Below, one piece after another: positions 61,995-64,000 of a stretch of 64,000 bases of DNA. The stretch comes from Planctomycetota bacterium. GTDB taxonomy: Bacteria > Planctomycetota > UBA1135 > UBA2386. Where the stretch lies: contig CANMWZ010000002.1 of the NCBI GenBank assembly GCA_947501605.1, positions 1 to 64,000 of the forward strand. Direction: 5' to 3'. Below the pieces are notes generated by a model. That model was given only the letters and a program-made list of their open reading frames with translations. It had not been told where the DNA came from and did not search any database. Position 1 is the first letter of the stretch. Each line of letters opens with the position of its first letter. The translations under genes and the position numbers were made by a program.

Positions 61995-62626
61995 GACCGA
62001 CGCGCGCCCGTGTCGAGTGCGGCCTCGAGCACGATCGCTGCAATCTCCGGCGTGACCAACTCGGCCACGGCTTCCGCGATGGCCTTGTCGGTGAAATCGT
62101 GGGTCACCCCGCCCTGTCCCATCTTGATCTGAAAACCACGCCCGAGTCCGGGCTGCATGTGCAGCGTGATGCCGTGCATCAGGTGCTCGCGCAGGTTTTG
62201 AAGAACGGCCTCGGTCAGAGCCTTGTGCTGCGCTTCCCCGACCACGAGATCGAGCGCCCCACTGACGCGACCGCGCTCGACGAACGCGTCCATCAAGCGC
62301 TGCATCAGGGCCACCACGGTCGGACCGTCGAGCACGGCGGCAACCCGGTCGCCGACGAGCTTCTGGACCAGGCGCTCGATGCGTTGCCCGATGCTCAGCA
62401 GAATGTCGCGAGCGGCGTGCTGGAGGCTTGCCTTCGCGCGCTGGTCCAACCGCTGCGCCTCGACAGCCGCGCGCTCGGTGATCTGCTGGGCTTCCACCCG
62501 AGCAGCTTCGAGCACACGCGCAGCCTCGGCGCGGGCGATGCGAACGATTTCGTCGGCTTGCTGTTTGCCAGCATCGACGCCGTCCTGTTGCAGACGGGAG
62601 AGCAACGATTGCAGTTGGTCGGTCAT
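61991..62626 (-). CDS. ntpE: V/A-type ATP synthase subunit E
   Basis: QLQSLL..L..DGV..G...A..I...A..EA coiled coil, L..AARD, GF.I, DFTD.AIAE; first gene of the operon. Confidence 0.85.
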   Translation of the reverse strand: MTDQLQSLLSRLQQDGVDAGKQQADEIVRIARAEAARVLEAARVEAQQITERAAVEAQRLDQRAKASLQHAARDILLSIGQRIERLVQKLVGDRVAAVLDGPTVVALMQRLMDAFVERGRVSGALDLVVGEAQHKALTEAVLQNLREHLMHGITLHMQPGLGRGFQIKMGQGGVTHDFTDKAIAEAVAELVTPEIAAIVLEAALDTGARRS

Positions 62627-62795
62627 GGAGCGCGTGAGCTCACGAGCAGGCGAGAACACTAGCGATCCGACGACGGCGATGCAGCAGCACGTTGTGCATT
62701 CGCGCAGCATCGACCGCATGGGGAGTTCGACTTGAAGACAATCGCAGCGGCGCCGACTCCGCGTACGACCTCGCGGCAACGCTGTCGCAGCGGGA

Positions 62796-64000
62796 TCAAC
62801 CAGCCGCGAATCGCGCCGATCGCGGATCCGGAGCACCAATTCGGCGCGCGCGGCCGTTGGCGGCCAAGTGGCAGAGGATGGGCCAGCAGTCGGCGGCGTC
62901 GTCGCTGATGGCGGCGGCGAGTTCGAGTGTGGTCCGTGGCGCACTCGTGAGCGCTGCGTGCAGGCGCTGCTGCCGCGAAAGCACCAGTGCAGCGGCCTTC
63001 TTGCCCGCCTCGACGCCGGGTTGGTGGTAGGCGTTGACGTCGATGAGTTCGGCGTAGATCCCGACGGCGCGCTCGAACAAGGCCACGAGCGCCCCGAGCG
63101 CCCGTTCGTCCAAACGATCGATCGTCAAGGTCACGGAGGCGCGGCCATTCTCCAACAACGCGGCTCTGGTGCCCTGCCAGAAGCCATCGAGGTAGTCCCC
63201 CGCCGTCACTCCTGGCTCGACTTCGAACATGGCCAGGGCGCCGTCGCGATCCCGCAGCACCCGGACGAAGGTGGCGAAGAAGTCGTGACGCCCGTCTCTC
63301 AGTTGCTGGACGTAGGCGTGTTGGTCCGTCGAACCCTTGTTGCCATAGACGGCGAGCCCTTGGTGCACCACGCGGCCGGTTCGATCCTGCGCCTTACCCA
63401 GCGACTCCATGACGAGTTGCTGCAGGTAGCGCGACATCAGCAGCAACCGGTCCTTGTACGGGAGCACGACCATGGCACGCTCGCCGCGACCATTCCCCTG
63501 CGCGAACCAGAACGCCGCGAGCATCGCCGCCGGGTTCTGCCGCACGTCTTGGCTGCGATTCTGTTCGTCCATCGACGCCGCCCCGACCAAAAACGCACGC
63601 AGGTCCATGCCAACCAACGCGCCCGGCAGCAATCCGACCGCAGACGTCACGGAGGTGCGACCGCCGACCCAGTCCCACATCGGCAGAATGCAGCGCCACT
63701 GCGCCTTGGTCGCCAGCGCGTGCAGGGCACTGCCGTCCATCGTGATGGCGACAGCGTGCGCCGCGAACGGCAACTTCTGCGCGCCGAAGGCACGCTGCAC
63801 TTCCAGCATGCCGTTGCGGGTCTCCGGCGTGCCCCCAGACTTGCTGATGACCACGACCAACGCGTCCTGCAGCGAACCCAGTCGCTGCAACTCGCGGTCG
63901 ATCCCGTCGGGATCCGTATTGTCGAGTACGTGCAACGACAGCGCGCGCGGATCGCGACCCGCAAACGCGTCACCGAGCAGGAGCGGACCGAGGGCAGAGC
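62796..64000 (-). CDS. pgi: Glucose-6-phosphate isomerase (5' end outside the window)
   Basis: SALGP at the window edge, [57 protein letters not shown]. Confidence 0.96.
   Translation of the reverse strand, partial: SALGPLLLGDAFAGRDPRALSLHVLDNTDPDGIDRELQRLGSLQDALVVVISKSGGTPETRNGMLEVQRAFGAQKLPFAAHAVAITMDGSALHALATKAQWRCILPMWDWVGGRTSVTSAVGLLPGALVGMDLRAFLVGAASMDEQNRSQDVRQNPAAMLAAFWFAQGNGRGERAMVVLPYKDRLLLMSRYLQQLVMESLGKAQDRTGRVVHQGLAVYGNKGSTDQHAYVQQLRDGRHDFFATFVRVLRDRDGALAMFEVEPGVTAGDYLDGFWQGTRAALLENGRASVTLTIDRLDERALGALVALFERAVGIYAELIDVNAYHQPGVEAGKKAAALVLSRQQRLHAALTSAPRTTLELAAAISDDAADCWPILCHLAANGRARRIGAPDPRSARFAAG

Overview
High-GC, gene-dense bacterial chromosome segment. Gene content and style (ECF sigma with a large anti-sigma, PrkA-DUF444-SpoVR, Chlamydia/spirochaete-type V-ATPase, many exported proteins) suggest a Planctomycetota/PVC organism; this is inference. 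About 52 CDS; no tRNA, rRNA, CRISPR array or transposase was recognised. Housekeeping genes: truD, accD, rpe, gatCAB, guaBA, pgi, ahpC and a 7-gene V/A-type ATPase operon with a Na+-type K ring. Most notable: (1) a peptidoglycan-salvage locus (Na+:solute symporter, one exported and one cytoplasmic NamZ, a GerMN-amidase) with two small paralogs resembling the amidase's unannotated C-terminal module; (2) all six clear signal-peptidase-I substrates have Gln at +1, alongside a tandem pair of glutaminyl-cyclase-like M28 enzymes; (3) a translationally coupled operon of an Ig-repeat HExxH lipoprotein, a TIMP/OB-like helical-repeat protein and a triple alpha-CTD/winged-helix protein; (4) two adjacent apparent pseudo-enzymes (GmhB-like and threonine-dehydratase-like); (5) three DnaA-box-like motifs at exact 11-bp spacing. 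All family calls come from motif recognition by eye, not database searches. Many start codons were corrected relative to the ORF track.
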